Below, piece by piece: positions 1 to 10,282 of a stretch of 64,000 bases of DNA. The notes under the pieces are model-generated. The model was not told the DNA's origin. It made no database searches and worked only from the letters and a program-made list of their open reading frames with translations. The translations under genes and the position numbers were made by a program. The stretch covers positions 188,273 to 252,272 of the forward strand of contig CP066682.1 in the NCBI GenBank assembly GCA_016432285.1. The letters run 5' to 3'. The first letter of the stretch is position 1, and each line of letters opens with the position of its first letter. The stretch comes from Candidatus Kaiserbacteria bacterium (GTDB taxonomy: Bacteria > Patescibacteriota > Minisyncoccia > Phycocordibacterales > UBA2100).

Positions 1-1
1 A

Positions 2-415
2 GTGGTAACGACCGGCTCGTCGGCCACCTTCTACAAATACCGCACGCCGCCCGCAGGAGAGCTGTGCGATGCTTCGAAGCTCACGCGCACCTGCACCAAC
101 GGCACTTTGGGCGGCAGCAACGACTACGTCTACGCCTCCTGCACCAACACCACTTCCTGCACGCAGGGTGGTATCACACTCGGGCACAGCAGCTCGTCAC
201 TCTTTTACAGCACGAGCACGGTTGCCTTCGGCTCCACCTGCGCAGGCGTCTCGCTCGAGCGTACCTGCACCAACGGCAAGCTCTCCGGTGCAGACACGTA
301 TTCGTACGGCAGTTGCAGCGTGCGTGCGCCGTCCGCCTCTGTGCAGCAGAGTCTTGCCAACGCACTCACGGCCCTTGAGCGCGCAATTCGCGGTATACTG
401 GATATGTTGAGATAG
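2..415 (+). CDS. C-terminal fragment (5' end outside window) of a Cys/Thr/Ser-rich repeat protein; repeated motif L-x-RTCTNG-x-L-x-G-x-x-x-Y-x-Y-x-SC
   Basis: Open frame running to the window edge; internal ~40-aa repeat carrying conserved Cys seen in the translation. Confidence 0.4.
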   Translation: MVTTGSSATFYKYRTPPAGELCDASKLTRTCTNGTLGGSNDYVYASCTNTTSCTQGGITLGHSSSSLFYSTSTVAFGSTCAGVSLERTCTNGKLSGADTYSYGSCSVRAPSASVQQSLANALTALERAIRGILDMLR

Positions 416-558
416 AGTTGTATGAGCGATGAGTACCACAGGGATGGAACGCACGTACAAGATGGCGAGCACCGCCCCGTCGGGGGTATCGCCTTCGCGC
501 TCGTGCTCGCCCTCGCGCTGCTCGCCGGTATTGAGTTTGCGCGCTTTGTGAATTGAGT

Positions 559-1290
559 ATGCAACACCGACTTTCATTCAAACAACTCTTCGCCATCCTC
601 TTCCTCGCGTTCGCCGCGCTGCTCGCCGCATCCTCTCTTTCCGCCTGGGTCGGCCCCACCGCTTCTCCCCCCGACGACAACGTCCCCGCTCCGGTCAACG
701 TGGGCACCACTGACCAGATCAAGAGCGCCGGCCTCTCACTCGATGCACTCGCGGTCTTCGGATCGCAATACGTCGAAGACAAACTCGGCATTGGCCGCGT
801 ATCTCCCGTTGTCGCGCTCGACGTGGACGGCACGCTGCGTCTTGGGAACGGCGACGAATCCTGCCAAGCGGTGACCGCCGGAAGCATTCGCTTCAACAGC
901 GGCACGAGTGTGATCGAATTCTGCAACGGCGTGGAATGGAGCACGCTCACTGGGAGTGGTTCAGCACCGAGCGGAGCCGTCATGGCCTTCGACCTCACCG
1001 CCTGCCCTTCGGGGTGGAGTGAATACACCCCCGCGTATGGCCGTTTCATCCGCGGTATCGACAAGAGCGGCACCAGTATTGATCCAAGCGGCCAGCGTGC
1101 GCCGGGTAGTACCCAAGGGGATGATTTCGGTGCGCACACGCACAGTGCCGCGATCGTGGCGGGCACCAACTGGACCGGTGAGTCATACACATACTCATTC
1201 AGCGGCACGGGAAACGGTTCCACAGGAAGCGCTGGTGGCAGCGAGACGCGTCCGAAAAACGTCGCTCTTTTGTACTGCGAAAAATCATAA
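559..1290 (+). CDS. secreted protein with phage tail collar (MdpB-like) C-terminal domain
   Basis: N-terminal signal/TM (LFAILFLAFAALLAASSLSA); C-terminal GWSEY...RFIRG...HTH...ETRPKNVALLYC matches the tail-collar domain pattern; ATG at 559 (ORF-track start at 553 is TTG). Confidence 0.6.
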   Translation: MQHRLSFKQLFAILFLAFAALLAASSLSAWVGPTASPPDDNVPAPVNVGTTDQIKSAGLSLDALAVFGSQYVEDKLGIGRVSPVVALDVDGTLRLGNGDESCQAVTAGSIRFNSGTSVIEFCNGVEWSTLTGSGSAPSGAVMAFDLTACPSGWSEYTPAYGRFIRGIDKSGTSIDPSGQRAPGSTQGDDFGAHTHSAAIVAGTNWTGESYTYSFSGTGNGSTGSAGGSETRPKNVALLYCEKS

Positions 1291-1294
1291 GCCC

Positions 1295-2266
1295 ATGCGC
1301 GCTCTTTCATTCCGCCAACTCTTCGCCATCCTCTTCCTCGCGTTCGCGGCCTTGCTCGCCGCATCCTCTCTCTCGGCGTGGGTCGGCCCCACCGCTTCTC
1401 CCCCCGACGAGAACGTCCCGGCTCCGGTCAACGTCGGTGCCGACAGTCAGATTAAAGAAGGCGGACTCGCGGTCGACTTTTTCAGTGTGTTCGGGACGCA
1501 ATATATTGAGGACAAGTTGGGTATCAATAAGACAAGCCCGGTCGTCGCACTTCATGTCGTCGGCTCCATGATCTTGGGCAACGGCGGCGAAGTATGCCAA
1601 GAGGTAACTGAAGGAGGCATCCGTTACAATTCGAGCTCCAATCAGCTCGAAGTTTGTGACGGCTCGGATTGGAGCGCGGTCGGTGGGGCATCCTCCGGTC
1701 CTGGTGCCGTTCAATACTCGACGCCCGGCACATACGAATTCACTGTCCCAACATACACGTCGTTGACGGCGACCGTGAAAGGAGCCGGAAGCGGCGGCGG
1801 AGGTGCTCAAGGCGCGAGCCATCACCCGTCGGAATATTCCTATATCTACTCGCACGGTACCGGCGGTACCGGGTCCGCTGGATCTGCGAGTTCATTTAAC
1901 ACGTCAGTCGTCGGTAATGGCGCGACGGGAGGGACGGGCGGTGGAGGCGGGCAGTATGGTTATAGCGCCGGGTCTGCAGGCACTCCAGGCACGGCGAGCG
2001 GCGGCACGACGAATACTACGGGTGGAGGCGCTCCAGGTGGAAGCGGGGGCGGATACTGCTACTACGGCGGACTCAATGGTGGCAGCGGTGCCGCGGGAGG
2101 CAATGCGGTCAAGACATACGCAAGTGGAGATCTGACACCGGGCACATCGATCACGGTTGTCGTCGGTACGAGCGGCGGAGGCGCAGGCGGATCTGTCGGG
2201 GACTACTGCACGGGAGGCGCTGGTACTTCTGGCTCGAACGGCTCAGTAACGATTTCGTGGGAGTGA
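1295..2266 (+). CDS. secreted Gly-rich protein; N-terminal ~60 aa nearly identical to the product of 559..1290
   Basis: Internal ATG 4 nt after the upstream stop; shared N-terminal module (..LSFKQLFAILFLAFAALLAASSLSAWVGPTASPPDxNVPAPVNVG); long GGxGG-rich C-terminus. Confidence 0.55.
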   Translation: MRALSFRQLFAILFLAFAALLAASSLSAWVGPTASPPDENVPAPVNVGADSQIKEGGLAVDFFSVFGTQYIEDKLGINKTSPVVALHVVGSMILGNGGEVCQEVTEGGIRYNSSSNQLEVCDGSDWSAVGGASSGPGAVQYSTPGTYEFTVPTYTSLTATVKGAGSGGGGAQGASHHPSEYSYIYSHGTGGTGSAGSASSFNTSVVGNGATGGTGGGGGQYGYSAGSAGTPGTASGGTTNTTGGGAPGGSGGGYCYYGGLNGGSGAAGGNAVKTYASGDLTPGTSITVVVGTSGGGAGGSVGDYCTGGAGTSGSNGSVTISWE

Positions 2267-2279
2267 GACAACTATTTTC

Positions 2280-2307
2280 TTGACGCTCCAGACTCATTTG
2301 GTAGTAT
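2280..2307 (+). promoter_or_regulatory. sigma70-like promoter TTGACG-16nt-TGgTAGTAT upstream of tuf
   Basis: -35 TTGACG at 2280-2285; extended -10 TG-g-TAGTAT at 2299-2307; ~175-nt structured leader follows. Confidence 0.4.
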
Positions 2308-2485
2308 GTCGGCACGCACGCTCTGTGCGTATTCTTTTGCTTGCCCTGAGCGAAGTCGAAGGGCCGAAATATTGAATCGTGTGGCCTAGCGAACCACGTA
2401 CAGCGATCCAAAATTCCCAAAAGAACTACCGGAGCACTCAAAAGCGTTGGCGATTAGCAAATTAGTAGCTAATACAATTATTTGT

Positions 2486-3685
<1,200 letters not shown>

Positions 3686-3707
3686 TTCGCACTCGAATTA
3701 AACAGAG

Positions 3708-3735
3708 AAAACCCGCCGCAAGGCGGGTTTTCTCG
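3708..3735 (+). terminator. rho-independent terminator after tuf
   Basis: aaaACCCGCCgcaaGGCGGGTtttctc: GC stem plus T-run. Confidence 0.65.
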
Positions 3736-3860
3736 TAGCGGCGAACATGGTGAAAGACACCAAACGTTGTGCATGTACCGTGCTTGTGCCGCACAGGTAC
3801 CATGTGTGTTATTTCCGCATACCCCTTGATCTCCGGGGCCCAATCCCTATACTTTACTTT

Positions 3861-4259
3861 ATGGTTAAGTATTGGAATCCCGCGCGGATCAAGCGGATCC
3901 GCGAACGGCCCGAGCGCAAAGAACAGCGAATATACGATGAGGCGAAGAAAGAGCGAAAGAGGCTGCTTCGTGGGATGCCAGTTGGGAGAGATCCCGAACG
4001 CTTACTCGATGTACTCGGATTGCCGTTGCGGCGCAAAATGCTAGGCCGCTTGCAAAAGAGCGGTGCGATGTCCGTCTCCAAACTTGCAGAGCCGTTCGGG
4101 CTTACGCTGTCCGCAGCACTCAAACATGTCCGCTACCTGGAGTGGTCGGGCATTGTGAAGACGAAAAAACAGGGTCGCACGCGAATCTGTTCTTATAACC
4201 CCGGCGCGCTCCCAGAGCTTGCACGCTTCCTCGAATCCCGATACTTTAATCATAAGTAA
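3861..4259 (+). CDS. ArsR/SmtB-family winged-helix transcriptional regulator
   Basis: HTH segment SVSKLAEPFGLTLSAALKHVRYLEWSGIV; ~130 aa; internal ATG at 3861. Confidence 0.7.
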   Translation: MVKYWNPARIKRIRERPERKEQRIYDEAKKERKRLLRGMPVGRDPERLLDVLGLPLRRKMLGRLQKSGAMSVSKLAEPFGLTLSAALKHVRYLEWSGIVKTKKQGRTRICSYNPGALPELARFLESRYFNHK

Positions 4260-4270
4260 AGTATCGGGAT
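4235..4270. promoter_or_regulatory. 14-bp perfect inverted repeat (ATCCCGATACTTTA/TAAAGTATCGGGAT) overlapping the stop of the ArsR-family gene
   Basis: Palindrome read directly from the sequence; the related motif TACTTTACTTTAT lies at the gene start (3850-3862); candidate operator or terminator. Confidence 0.35.
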
Positions 4271-4599
4271 TCTGCCCGCGCTCGTCTTCTAGCGGGTTTT
4301 CCCGCCTGGCCGTTCGATTCGATTACAAGCAGGTATACTGGCAGTATGAAAGCACCGCCGTTTACGAATCTCGCCGTCTTCGTGCTTTTCTTCGGCCTCG
4401 CGCTTATTGAGGCGATGCAGCGGGGCAACTGGATCGGCGCGGCCCTCTTTCTCGCACTCGGCGCCCTTTCCCTGTGGGCCGACTTTTCCAAGCGATAGGC
4501 GTCCAAGACAAAGCCTTGCAAATACGTGCGGCAAGGCGAGGCCTTGCCGCGCGTTCACATCGCCGGAGTCCGACATTTCGGCGGGAGTATAATGGCGAC

Positions 4600-4980
4600 A
4601 TGAAAGTCTGGGTCAGACGTGTCGTGTATGCGATTGTGCTCTGGGCGCTGCTTTTCGTGGCAGCGATTCCGCTTTTGCCGCTCCAGACGGCCGACCTTGC
4701 GGCGTTCAAGGCCGTGATGGCCATGCTCGGCTCCCTCGCCGGCGCGGCGCTCGCCTCGCATTACTTCCTCGGCGTGCAAAGCAACTACCTGCGGGAGGGC
4801 ATCTACACCGCAATCACATGGATGGCGGTCAATTGGCTCCTGGATCTCGTCGCGCTCCTTCCCTTTACCGGACAATCGATTCCGCAGTACTTCCTGCAAA
4901 TCGGCATCGAGTATCTCGGTATGTTTGGCATCCTCGTCGCGATCGGCTACGTGCTCGAAAAAAAGACGCCGCGCTTGTAA
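4600..4980 (+). CDS. small polytopic membrane protein (about 4 TM), unknown function
   Basis: Hydrophobic helices; TATAAT at 4588-4593, 6 nt upstream of ATG 4600. Confidence 0.5.
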   Translation: MKVWVRRVVYAIVLWALLFVAAIPLLPLQTADLAAFKAVMAMLGSLAGAALASHYFLGVQSNYLREGIYTAITWMAVNWLLDLVALLPFTGQSIPQYFLQIGIEYLGMFGILVAIGYVLEKKTPRL

Positions 4981-4991
4981 GAGAGCGGATA

Positions 4992-5020
4992 TTGCACACT
5001 CGGAGGGAATAGTGCATACT
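4992..5020 (+). promoter_or_regulatory. promoter TTGCAC-17nt-TGcATACT for rpsJ
   Basis: -35 at 4992-4997; extended -10 at 5013-5020; 11 nt to the ATG. Confidence 0.45.
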
Positions 5021-5031
5021 CTGCGGGTTCT

Positions 5032-5448
5032 ATGACAGCGGAAGCGACAAAGAAGCCTCGCGCCTCGCGCGCGAAGACGGCCAAGAAGGCCGACGATTCC
5101 GCTGCACCCCAAGCTCCGGCCCGCGCCAAAAAAGCGGAGGCTGCGCACCGCCTTCGCATCAAGGTCCGCGCCTACGAGCACGGCGTCCTCGATAATTCCG
5201 TGAAGCAGATCATCGACACGGCTGCCCGCTACAATGCGGAAGTCGTTGGTCCGGTGCCGCTTCCGATCGACATCAAAAAGTACACCGTCAACCGCGCCGC
5301 ATTCATCGACAAAGACTCCCGCGAGCAGTTCGAGATGCGTATCCACAAGCGCATGATCGACATCCTCAACCCAGCACCGAAAGTCATCGAAGCCCTCACC
5401 AACATCGACCTCCCTTCGGGTGTTTCGATAGATGTAAAGATGATGTAG
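5032..5448 (+). CDS. rpsJ: 30S ribosomal protein S10, with ~40-aa Lys/Ala-rich N-terminal extension
   Basis: Core HRLRIKVRAYEH...VVGPVPLP...matches S10; the only in-frame Met is at 5032. Confidence 0.9.
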   Translation: MTAEATKKPRASRAKTAKKADDSAAPQAPARAKKAEAAHRLRIKVRAYEHGVLDNSVKQIIDTAARYNAEVVGPVPLPIDIKKYTVNRAAFIDKDSREQFEMRIHKRMIDILNPAPKVIEALTNIDLPSGVSIDVKMM

Positions 5449-5513
5449 ACGCTCGCCCCGTTAGATGCGCAGCTATCTAACCGGGGTGAAGATGATGTAG
5501 GTTCTCTGCGTGG

Positions 5514-5543
5514 AAAACGGCCCGCGCGAGCGGGCCGTTTTTT
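5514..5543 (+). terminator. rho-independent terminator after rpsJ
   Basis: aaaACGGCCCGCgcgaGCGGGCCGTtttttc; preceded by a second hairpin at 5456-5486. Confidence 0.65.
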
Positions 5544-5578
5544 CATAACGACAGGTCGACCCGTGCTAAGCTACCGGC

Positions 5579-6451
5579 ATGCGGGCGTTCACCTGCGGCC
5601 GGAGGCAACCAGGCGACACGTTCTATCTTGATTTCAATCCCTGTGTACGCGAGCCAAAAACGTGGAAGGAGGAAATCTATGCCGCCGCGAAGCTCCTGGC
5701 GAATCGTGCGGGCTCAAGGCCGATCTGGCTCGCTTCGAGCGGAGGAACAGACAGCGAAGTCATGTGTCGCGCCTTTTTTGACCAAGGAATTAATTTTTCA
5801 GTACTCACGGTAGAGCACATCGCTGGCACCAACCGTCACGACACGGCCTACGCACGTGCCTGGTGTCGCGCACGAGCGATTCCCCAGAAGATCGTTGAAC
5901 TCGACATGCCGGCGTTCCTCTCAAATGACGTTTTTGAATATACGCGAAAGGAGTACGTAACTGGAAACGTGTATCGCTACTTTCAAATTCGGTTGCTCGA
6001 GGAAATCGATCGCCTCGGAGGCTTCGGCGTCATTGGAAGCGGCGAACAGCTGTATCAAGCAGCGTCCGGCGCCGTTCCGTATCTCGAATACGAAGTGGGG
6101 ATTATGGCTCCGCTTCAGTGGAGCGAGCGGCACAACACCGAGCACGAGCCTTTTTTCTACATGAGCACACCCGAAATCTATCGGTCGTACATGGATATTC
6201 CGATCATCGCGCGCAACCTCCACTACCGCGACATCTTCATCCACCGCAAGAACGCGTTTCTCCTGAAGCGTATTGCCACAAATGCCGTGTGGGACGATTT
6301 GCGCGACAGACCGAAGTTCACCGGGTACGAGCACATACGGCCGCACCGCCTCGCCGCGCAAAAAAAGTTGAGGGGAATGTTCGGCGACCGCATACAAACG
6401 CTCCGGATTCCCGTCGATGAGGTGCGGAACCAGCTCGACGCGCGGTCATAA
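5579..6451 (+). CDS. PP-loop (SGGxDS) ATP pyrophosphatase family protein, unassigned subfamily
   Basis: IWLASSGGTDSEVM motif near residue 50; 290 aa; lacks the QueC zinc-Cys cluster and the TilS length. Confidence 0.6.
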   Translation: MRAFTCGRRQPGDTFYLDFNPCVREPKTWKEEIYAAAKLLANRAGSRPIWLASSGGTDSEVMCRAFFDQGINFSVLTVEHIAGTNRHDTAYARAWCRARAIPQKIVELDMPAFLSNDVFEYTRKEYVTGNVYRYFQIRLLEEIDRLGGFGVIGSGEQLYQAASGAVPYLEYEVGIMAPLQWSERHNTEHEPFFYMSTPEIYRSYMDIPIIARNLHYRDIFIHRKNAFLLKRIATNAVWDDLRDRPKFTGYEHIRPHRLAAQKKLRGMFGDRIQTLRIPVDEVRNQLDARS

Positions 6452-6498
6452 TCAGGAAACCTCTTACTACGTATGCAGAGTGATCGATAAAGAAGTAT

Positions 6499-6520
6499 CC
6501 CCGGCCGAAAGCGGCCGGGG
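6499..6520. terminator. hairpin between convergent genes (CCCCGGCCG-aaag-CGGCCGGGG)
   Basis: Perfect 9-bp GC stem in the 85-nt convergent intergenic space. Confidence 0.4.
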
Positions 6521-6535
6521 ACCAGTCGAAGGAGC

Positions 6536-7990
6536 CTATGTTCGCCGCCGCCATGTCGCGATGAGGACGATAATCCCCGACGCGAGCACGGAAAAGAGCG
6601 AACCGCCGATGATCATCGGCGTCACCTTGTAGAGGTTGCCGTAGGCGAAGATCGGCAACCCGATCACGATTGAGGTGATAATTCCCCAGAACATCCCCGG
6701 TTCACTCACCTGCTTTTTCAAGATCGTGATCACTGTCGGGAGCAGCGTGGATGCCCGCAGCGTTCCATAAAAGAGGAACAAGTACGGGATTGTCATCCCC
6801 GGGATATTCGCGATCGCGATGCCGCCGACGACGAGGACGAGCATCGCGCCGCGCGAGAACCACGAGAATCCGCGACGATCTAGGCTCTCGCCGTGACCAG
6901 CGCGTCCGGCGATATCGTGACCAGCGAGGCTTGATATCGCCGTCAGGTTGGAATCCAATGTCGACACAAGCCCCGAGAGGAGCAGGTAGACAAACATGAT
7001 AAGGATCCAGCCTGGCAGCAGTTTGCGCTCCACGAGATTCCCGACCACTTCAAGATTGACCCGCTGTGTGTCTACTGCAGTGAGCCCCATTCCCGCGCCA
7101 AGGAAGCCGAGAAGTGAGAGTGTAATCGGGACCACGCCGAATATGAATGCGGCGAGGATAAATGCCAGCCGTACGGAATCCTTGCGGATGGCAAATGCCC
7201 GCTGCCAGAAGCTTTGATCGCCAAATGGCCCTGCGAGCAGTCCGATTGTCACGGGGATCCCGAAGGTCAAGAACACCGTCAGGCCGTCTCCAGAGAAAAG
7301 GTCGGTAAATGTCCCGCTCTTCCCGTAGAGACCCTTCTCGACGGTCTCCCATCCGCCTCCGGCTATGATCGTCCACGGGACGATCAGTGCGCCGACGGCG
7401 TAGATCATGAGGAGCTGAAGCGAATCACTGACCATCGAGCCCTTGAATCCGGAGTAGAGCGAGTACCCGACAGGAATGATGGCAAGGATGATCGTGAGCG
7501 ACCAGTACGGCAGACCCGTCAGTACAGAGAGGACCTTCGCGCCCGCCAAGAGTTGGACGGCAAACGAACACGTCGCAAGCCCGATCAATGCGGTCAGGTA
7601 CACGTTTTGCACCCGGCCCGAGTACCGCTCCCGCATGCAACCGGAGAGGGTGTAGCCATCCGGAAAGAGCGAGCGGAGCTTCCACGCGAAGAAGGCGAAG
7701 ATCACCAGGGTCGCCATGTTGGGCACGACGAACCAGAAGACCCCCACCCACCCTTGCGTATAGGCTTTTTCGGCGGCGAGGAACAGGGCTGGTGCCCAGA
7801 TCCACGCCGCTGCGGTCGACATCGCGCCGACAAGCGGCCCGACTTCGTGGTTAGCCACCAAGAATTGCGGCTTGGTGAACTTCACCCCTCGCGAGAAGAA
7901 CCACACGATTCCCGAGAGAGGCAGCGCGAAGCCGAAAATAAGGAAGGCCACCCCCTGGACGGGAGTGAACATCTGTAGTGCGCGAATCAT
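6536..7990 (-). CDS. sodium:solute symporter family (SSF) transporter
   Basis: 484 aa, ~13 TM; SSF-type signature and overall PutP/PanF-like architecture. Confidence 0.85.
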   Translation of the reverse strand: MIRALQMFTPVQGVAFLIFGFALPLSGIVWFFSRGVKFTKPQFLVANHEVGPLVGAMSTAAAWIWAPALFLAAEKAYTQGWVGVFWFVVPNMATLVIFAFFAWKLRSLFPDGYTLSGCMRERYSGRVQNVYLTALIGLATCSFAVQLLAGAKVLSVLTGLPYWSLTIILAIIPVGYSLYSGFKGSMVSDSLQLLMIYAVGALIVPWTIIAGGGWETVEKGLYGKSGTFTDLFSGDGLTVFLTFGIPVTIGLLAGPFGDQSFWQRAFAIRKDSVRLAFILAAFIFGVVPITLSLLGFLGAGMGLTAVDTQRVNLEVVGNLVERKLLPGWILIMFVYLLLSGLVSTLDSNLTAISSLAGHDIAGRAGHGESLDRRGFSWFSRGAMLVLVVGGIAIANIPGMTIPYLFLFYGTLRASTLLPTVITILKKQVSEPGMFWGIITSIVIGLPIFAYGNLYKVTPMIIGGSLFSVLASGIIVLIATWRRRT

Positions 7991-8092
7991 TGTCAGAGCT
8001 CCTTTGCTGTTGGTTTTTTCGCGGCACCATGCCGCCTACGAGCGACACTATCACCGCGTGCAGGTCGGCACAAGAAATGGCGCAAAGAAAAA

Positions 8093-8121
8093 GCCCCGGG
8101 ACGTGCCCGAGGCTTCTTTTT
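8093..8121. terminator. bidirectional hairpin plus T/A-runs between the small peptide gene and the symporter gene
   Basis: GCCCCGGGacgtgCCCGAGGC followed by ttcttttt. Confidence 0.5.
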
Positions 8122-8137
8122 CCGAGTCGCGCCGGTT

Positions 8138-8353
8138 CTACCTGACCGGCTTACCGCTGACCGGAGTGGTCGCGCCGCGACACTTCGCTGCGCTGCACTT
8201 GTCAATGCTTTTAGCCTTGCGGCTGCCGCCCCGGCCGCAGGTGTTTGACGGACAGGTGACCGTGTTGAGTCCGCGCTGCGCCTGTACCGGTTTCGTGTCG
8301 ATCGTTGTCGCGGCGAGAGCGATCGCCGCAGAGAACAAGAGGCTCTTCATCAT
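8138..8353 (-). CDS. small secreted Cys-rich peptide (Sec signal peptide plus ~46-aa mature region with 6 Cys)
   Basis: GGAGG 7 nt upstream of ATGATG (start 8353; ORF-track start 8374 is GTG); signal MMKSLLFSAAIALAATTIDTKPVQA; own promoter-like TTGACG...TGcATATAA upstream. Confidence 0.5.
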   Translation of the reverse strand: MMKSLLFSAAIALAATTIDTKPVQAQRGLNTVTCPSNTCGRGGSRKAKSIDKCSAAKCRGATTPVSGKPVR

Positions 8354-8428
8354 CTCGGTATCCTCCGAACTCACCAGCGCGGGATGCGCCGATGGCAGCC
8401 TTTTATATGCATTACAATTGCTTGCTCG

Positions 8429-9529
8429 TCAAGAGAAGTCGTTGTGCGGTTCGTAGTACGTTTCGGGGGAAAGGTCGTCGTGGAAACCGAGCTTCTCGTC
8501 GATAAAGCTGTAGGAGTGCTGCTGGAGAAAGAGCGCCTTCAGCGAGCCGCGCTTGATCTTCGAATCACGGTACTCGCGATCCTTGGTGTAATCGTAAATG
8601 ATGTCCTTGGCGGGCCACTTGTAGGTGTTCCATGTGTCTTTGATGCGCTTGTCGGGATTCGCCATGCTCCACCGCTGGAAGTCGTCGGTGCCGAAGAAGT
8701 GCACGTACTTCGTATCGATATAGCGCTGATCAATGTTACGGATGTTGCGTGGAGCCGTATGCAAAAGCCGCCGCAGATGCACAGCCTGCCACTTGAGGGC
8801 GAAGTTGATCCACCACAGATAGAGAAAATTCGTTTCGATTGAGAGGGGAGCGGCGGCCTTGAGGCGCTCGAAGAGGTCGAGATAGAAATCAGTCGTCGCC
8901 TGGTCTCCGAGCGATCGGCCGAAAAAGTCTGAAAAAAGATCGCGGCTGTACGGCTTGTGGAGATGCTCATCACCGAGCTGGTGGATGAGCTTGCCGACCA
9001 CGTCCGATCCGAAGAGCTGATCGTTGTGCTCGCCATCGAGGAGCACGTCCTTGGTGCCGAGTCGGTGCGAAAAGAGCACCGATGAGTCGACGCGCAGTTT
9101 GCCGTGGATATGCTCCTCCCAAAATCGCGGATTTTCCGTGATTGACTCCTCGCTGAGGAGCACCACGATGCGCCTCTTCTGCTCGTTGCTCCCCATCTTG
9201 AGGAGCGATATGAGGACGAGCGTGCTATCGATGCCGCCCGACCACGAGACACACACATCCACGTCCGCCACATCGGCTTTGGAGAGGATTTCCCTCGCCC
9301 GCGCGTCGCATATTTCTTCGTAGGTTTTTGTGAATCCTTCAAATGCGGGGAGGGGAGCGAGAGCTTTGAGCTTGATCGGCATGCGAATCGTGGCCGTCCG
9401 ATCCACGATCACGACCCCGGGCCCGTAGATATCAAAAAAGCGCGAGAACTTCGTGAAGCCGGGAAAGCGGTCCGGGTCGGCGCGCAGGACCTTCCGCGGT
9501 CTGTAGTAGAGCAGCCGCATGAGCCTCAC
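8429..9529 (-). CDS. asparagine-synthetase-C-domain-like PP-loop ATP pyrophosphatase (no glutaminase domain)
   Basis: VDVCVSWSGGIDSTLVL (AsnB-type SGGxDS); GTG 9529 overlaps the upstream stop (GTGA); alternative ATG at 9520. Confidence 0.7.
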   Translation of the reverse strand: MRLMRLLYYRPRKVLRADPDRFPGFTKFSRFFDIYGPGVVIVDRTATIRMPIKLKALAPLPAFEGFTKTYEEICDARAREILSKADVADVDVCVSWSGGIDSTLVLISLLKMGSNEQKRRIVVLLSEESITENPRFWEEHIHGKLRVDSSVLFSHRLGTKDVLLDGEHNDQLFGSDVVGKLIHQLGDEHLHKPYSRDLFSDFFGRSLGDQATTDFYLDLFERLKAAAPLSIETNFLYLWWINFALKWQAVHLRRLLHTAPRNIRNIDQRYIDTKYVHFFGTDDFQRWSMANPDKRIKDTWNTYKWPAKDIIYDYTKDREYRDSKIKRGSLKALFLQQHSYSFIDEKLGFHDDLSPETYYEPHNDFS

Positions 9530-10218
9530 GAGAGCGTGCCGACGTACGGGTCGCGAAAGAAAGTCTCCGTGATCGCATCCAGTTCCGCCACAGCCTTCGC
9601 CTTCTTTATTTTGTTGAAGTAGATGATCCGCAGGAGCTCCGTCTTCGCGAGCTGCTCCGTAGCGATCTTTGATTTGAAAATAATGTCGTCGGCTGCCTGG
9701 CGGGGCGACAGGCCGGCGTAGTCGGCGTACAGGAGCACGTGCGGATATTCGGGAAGTACGACCTCGTCGTACCCCGCGTTCTTAAAAGAGAGCGCTTCGA
9801 TCCGTTTTTCGAGGTACACCGAATCCTGAAGCGAAATTCCCGTCTCGAATCGGAGGCGAAGACGGCTGATGTTGCGCATGATCGTTTGCACGACTTTCAA
9901 CTTGCCGACCGCGAGCGCGGACTTCTCTCGGATCTCTTTCGTAAGAAGCTTCGGTGGCGTTTGCTCAAAGAGTCGCTGCTCAAAGTTCCATGTCCACGTG
10001 GGGTACTCCGCAGGTCCCGTCGTCGTGAGAAAGAGGGAGTCGCGGTAGTGCGGATACTGGATCCCGTAGGCGCCGATCGTATCTCCCGTGCACTCGTTGA
10101 GAAAGACGATGCCGGGCGCGGTCGTATCGAAAGCGAGCACAATATGCGTGCCGTATTCCACAAGAATGCTCGGAAGAAAAGGTGGTTGCATACGATCGTT
10201 TGGATTCAATAGTATCAA
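9526..10218 (-). CDS. hypothetical protein, translationally coupled to the AsnB-like gene
   Basis: 230-aa ORF; 4-nt overlap with the downstream gene; no recognisable motif. Confidence 0.5.
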   Translation of the reverse strand: MILLNPNDRMQPPFLPSILVEYGTHIVLAFDTTAPGIVFLNECTGDTIGAYGIQYPHYRDSLFLTTTGPAEYPTWTWNFEQRLFEQTPPKLLTKEIREKSALAVGKLKVVQTIMRNISRLRLRFETGISLQDSVYLEKRIEALSFKNAGYDEVVLPEYPHVLLYADYAGLSPRQAADDIIFKSKIATEQLAKTELLRIIYFNKIKKAKAVAELDAITETFFRDPYVGTLS

Positions 10219-10282
10219 AATACTGCAACTTTATCCCCATGGATGCACTAGGTATTTGCGCTGCGCGTTCCATACTTGTTGT

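Noticed and set aside
956-2266. 436-aa ORF implying one long protein overlapping the tail-collar gene
   Set aside because: Its first 113 codons overlap the upstream gene in another frame. An internal ATG at 1295 gives an N-terminus almost identical to the neighbouring paralog.
5579-6451. PP-loop protein as QueC or TilS
   Set aside because: It lacks the C-terminal CxxC zinc motif of QueC and the length and domains of TilS, so it is left as an unassigned PP-loop ATPase.
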